DNA of 64,000 bases from Flaccisagitta enflata (lineage: Eukaryota), in contig OZ231126.1 in NCBI GenBank assembly GCA_965153355.1, positions 48,422,001 through 48,486,000 on the forward strand. The letters are read 5' to 3'. The position numbers and the translations under genes are program-made. Numbering within the stretch: the stretch's first letter is position 1; each line of letters begins with the position of its first letter. Shown here piece by piece: positions 60,491-64,000 of the stretch. A model generated the notes under the pieces. That model was not told the origin of the DNA, ran no database searches, and saw nothing but the letters and a program-made list of their open reading frames with translations.

Positions 60491-60541
60491 CAGAGAATTA
60501 TTGACAGATTGATAGATTTAAAGATTGATTGACAGATGGAA

Positions 60542-62010
60542 CGATTGAATGATAGACAGATTGAATGATAGACAGATTGAATGATAGACAGATTGAATGA
60601 TAGACAGATTGAATGATAGACAGATTGAATGATAGACAGATTGAATGATAGACAAATTGAGTGATAGACAGATTGAGTGATAGACAGATTGAGTGATGGA
60701 CAGATTGAGTGATAGACAGATTGAGTGATAGACAGATTGAGTGATAGACAGATTGAGTGATAGACAGATTGAGTGATAGACAGATTGAGTGATAGACAGA
60801 TTGAGTGATAGACAGATTGAGTGATAGACAGATTGAGTGATAGACAGATTGAGTGATAGACAGATTGAGTGATAGACAGATTGAATGATAGACAGATTGA
60901 ATGATAGACAGATTGAGTGATAGACAGATTGAGTGATAGACAGATTGAGTGATAGACAGATTGAGTGATAGACAGATTGAACGATAGACAGATTGAACGA
61001 TAGACAGATTGAACGATAGACAGATTGAACGATAGACAGATTGAACGATAGACAGATTGAACGATAGACAGATTGAACGATAGACAGATTGAACGATAGA
61101 CAGATTGAACGATAGACAGATTGAACGATAGACAGATTGAACGATAGACAGATTGAACGATAGACAGATTGAATGATAGACAGATTGAATGATAGACAGA
61201 TTGAATGATAGACAGATTGAATGATAGACAGATTGAATGATAGACAGATTGAATGATAGACAGATTGAATGATAGACAGATTGAATGATAGACAGATTGA
61301 ATGATAGACAGATTGAATGATAGACAGATTGAATGATAGACAGATTGAATGATAGACAGATTGAATGATAGACAGATTGAATGATAGACAGATTGAATGA
61401 TAGACAGATTGAATGATAGACAGATTGAATGATAGACAGATTGAATGATAGACAGATTGAATGATAGACAGATTGAATGATAGACAGATTGAATGATAGA
61501 CAGATTGAATGATAGACAGATTGAATGATAGACAAATTGAATGATAGACAAATTGAATGATAGACAGATTGAATGATAGACAGATTGAATGATAGACAGA
61601 TTGAATGATAGACAGATTGAATGATAGACAGATTGAATGATAGACAGATTGAATGATAGACAGATTGAATGATAGACAGATTGAATGATAGACAGATTGA
61701 ATGATAGACAGATTGAATGATAGACAGATTGAATGATAGACAGATTGAATGATAGACAGATTGAATGATAGACAGATTGAATGATAGACAGATTGAATGA
61801 TAGACAGATTGAATGATAGACAGATTGAATGATAGACAGATTGAATGATAGACAGATTGAATGATAGACAGATTGAATGATAGACAGATTGAATGATAGA
61901 CAGATTGAATGATAGACAGATTGAATGATTGACAGATTGAATGATTGACTGATTGACTGATTGAATGATAGACAGATTGAATGATAGATAGATTGAATGA
62001 TTGACAGATC
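60542..62010. repeat. 16-bp satellite (GATAGACAGATTGAAT)n, ~90 copies, in GPR137 intron 3
   Basis: Direct tandem array; accounts for the SICLSFNLSIIQ pseudo-ORFs. Confidence 0.95.
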
Positions 62011-63175
62011 GAATCATTGGATGATTGCCGTGATGGATTGACTAATTAACGTAGTTGATTGACATGTTGATGAACGTGATGCTTTCATGCTCAAATGAAC
62101 TATTGATGCAAAATGTTATGTTGATTAACGGGTTGATTAATGGCACGTTAGACTGATGTTGTGATTGACAGATTGATAGTTTGGCATGTTAATCGGGAAA
62201 AAAGTCAAAGTCAATGTTCAACTCTTTCACATATTCCAGAGAAACAGGGTTTTCATCTTCTGATGAGAAAGTTGGGGTTCTCAATTGATCGATTGGGGCC
62301 TCTGACAAAATTGAAAGGGTAAGTAAATTTTATAATTCTCTTTCATTTGGCGCCAAGCAAAATGCTCTAGACGACAAATATTTTTCGCGCTATGATTTTT
62401 TAAAAGATTTATTTAAAAAAAAAAATTCAGTTTGATTTTTTCTATGTTTTTAAATAGGATCAATAAAGTCTAAAGAAGTGTATTTTTGTTTGTATAGGCA
62501 TGCAAACACAATCAATGATGTTTATGAGCATAGCTGCTCATCTCTGTTTTTGAGCATTTTAGCTTATCTAGCTCATTTAGCTCAATCTTTTTTTTTATTT
62601 TAAATACGATAAATGAATAAATATTTCGATACATGTTTAAGCAAGCAGGAATAAGAAAGCTTGTTTGTGAGCAGAGCTGCTCAGGGTGTTTTTAAGTATT
62701 CTAGCTCATTTAGCTCATTTTTTTTCTGATTTTTAAATAGGAAGAATGAATAAATGTTTTAATTGAGCATGAAAATACAAGAAAGCATGTCAGTGAGTAT
62801 AGCTGGTCATCTGGTTGAGTGATTATAAGTGTATTAGCAAATCTAGCTCATCTAGCTAATTTTGCTCAGTTCTTTTTTTCTTTGATTTTCAGTGCAATTA
62901 ATACATACAATTGCTCTTGATTAGATCTAACAAGTGAAAAAAATTGCAGTGACTGAAGACAAAAACTTGATGAAAAGTGACCAATGCTTACGACTTTTTC
63001 CCTCACGGCGACAGCCGCCATTACTGGTATACAGATTGAGAGGTCGATAAATGGGTGAATTGGCGGGTTTGTAGACTAGGCGGGTTGAAATAATGATTGC
63101 CGGGTTGATAGATCGACAGGCTGATTAACGGGTTGATAGATTTCAGAAATGGCTGATAAATTGATAGATGGGTCT

Positions 63176-63560
63176 ATGTCACGGTGCACACAAAGGGGCA
63201 ATTTTTATGGTCAAATCATACTCAAGGTAAAAACTTGAATAATTATTTTACAATTTTTTTATAATAAGTACCGTAACTCAGTGCATAATATTGCTTTATT
63301 TGAATATTATTTATATATATATAATCAATATGAAAAATTGACAAAATTGAAAAAAAAAATTTTATTTATAACTTAGTGTAAGTGAAATTCTTAATCTGTC
63401 TCTGAATGCAAAGATTTGCATTTCTAAGAATATGGCCCTTTTTTAGACACATAAGAAAAAGGCCATGTTCTTAGAAATGCAAATTTTTACATTCAGAGAC
63501 AGATAAAGAATTTCACGCAAAATGACTTTCCAAATTTGCTGCTTGTGTGCACCGCGACCT
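63176..63560. mobile_element. MITE-like element with an internal ~135-bp hairpin (63382-63516)
   Basis: GTCACGGTGCACACAA / TTGTGTGCACCGCGAC termini; internal GTGAAATTCTT..TCTGTCTCTGAATG inverted repeat. Confidence 0.65.
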
Positions 63561-63601
63561 ATATAGGTTCAATGGTTGTCTGATTAACTAATCAAAATCA
63601 G

Positions 63602-64000
63602 GTGAAAACTCGCGCTTACACGTCTCAAGACACTCAAGAATTTCAGTCGCGCATAATGGGTAGCATGCCTGGTATTGCCGGTGCATCGACGGCATCACAA
63701 CACGGAGCTTCTTACTTCTTCGATAACCGCAATCGGTACAACAGCATCGACGACGTCTCTCGAACCACGAGTCCGCAAAGCCCAAGGTCGCCGGCATTCG
63801 ATATCTACACCATCGGCAACGGAGCCGGGGGAGGGGGAGGAGTGGGAGCGGCGTTTATAGGCGGTCAAAGTTCGTCGTTCGGTCGCTATTCCCAGTCACA
63901 ATCGCGCATTAGTCCTGTCGGTAGCATCGGAAGTTACACACGTCTTCGGGATTCGACTCAGCATCCGACAGTTCATGTTATCACTGGAGGGAGTGGACGA
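63602..64000 (+). CDS. GPR137: GPR137 exon 4 (cytoplasmic tail, runs off the window; absent from the ORF track)
   Basis: cag|GTG AAA restores FFRV; SYFFDNRNRYNSIDD resembles the GPR137 SYFFDNPRRYDSDDD motif; open to the window end. Confidence 0.85.
   Translation, partial: MKTRAYTSQDTQEFQSRIMGSMPGIAGASTASQHGASYFFDNRNRYNSIDDVSRTTSPQSPRSPAFDIYTIGNGAGGGGGVGAAFIGGQSSSFGRYSQSQSRISPVGSIGSYTRLRDSTQHPTVHVITGGSGR

Noticed and set aside
60385..62017. 345-499 aa ORFs (SICLSFNLSIIQ...)
   Set aside because: Translations of the 16-bp satellite on a stop-free strand.

Overview
Metazoan (invertebrate-like) nuclear DNA with GT-AG spliceosomal genes; I found no prokaryote-type system. Four multi-exon genes can be assembled by hand with consistent intron phases. 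(1) A ~3,300-aa low-complexity protein on + (616-17551) with a FLASH/CASP8AP2-like N-terminus. (2) A ~3,200-aa INO80D-like protein on - (37569-~22513), whose C3Hc3H-type zinc finger is split across two exons and whose 6.4-kb exon carries a 1-nt frameshift in a (GAA)n run. (3) AKTIP/FTS on - (58026-53989). (4) GPR137-family on + (58642 to past the window end), head-to-head with AKTIP. Introns and the ~39-53 kb gap are dense with non-autonomous elements: TA-flanked Tc1/mariner-type MITEs and foldbacks, and about 20 or more DINE-1/HINE/pearl-like elements with covarying terminal hairpins, (GTCY)n tracts and internal satellites, often nested. Gene identities rest on recalled motifs, not database searches. 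Most short ORFs in the track are repeat or antisense artefacts.
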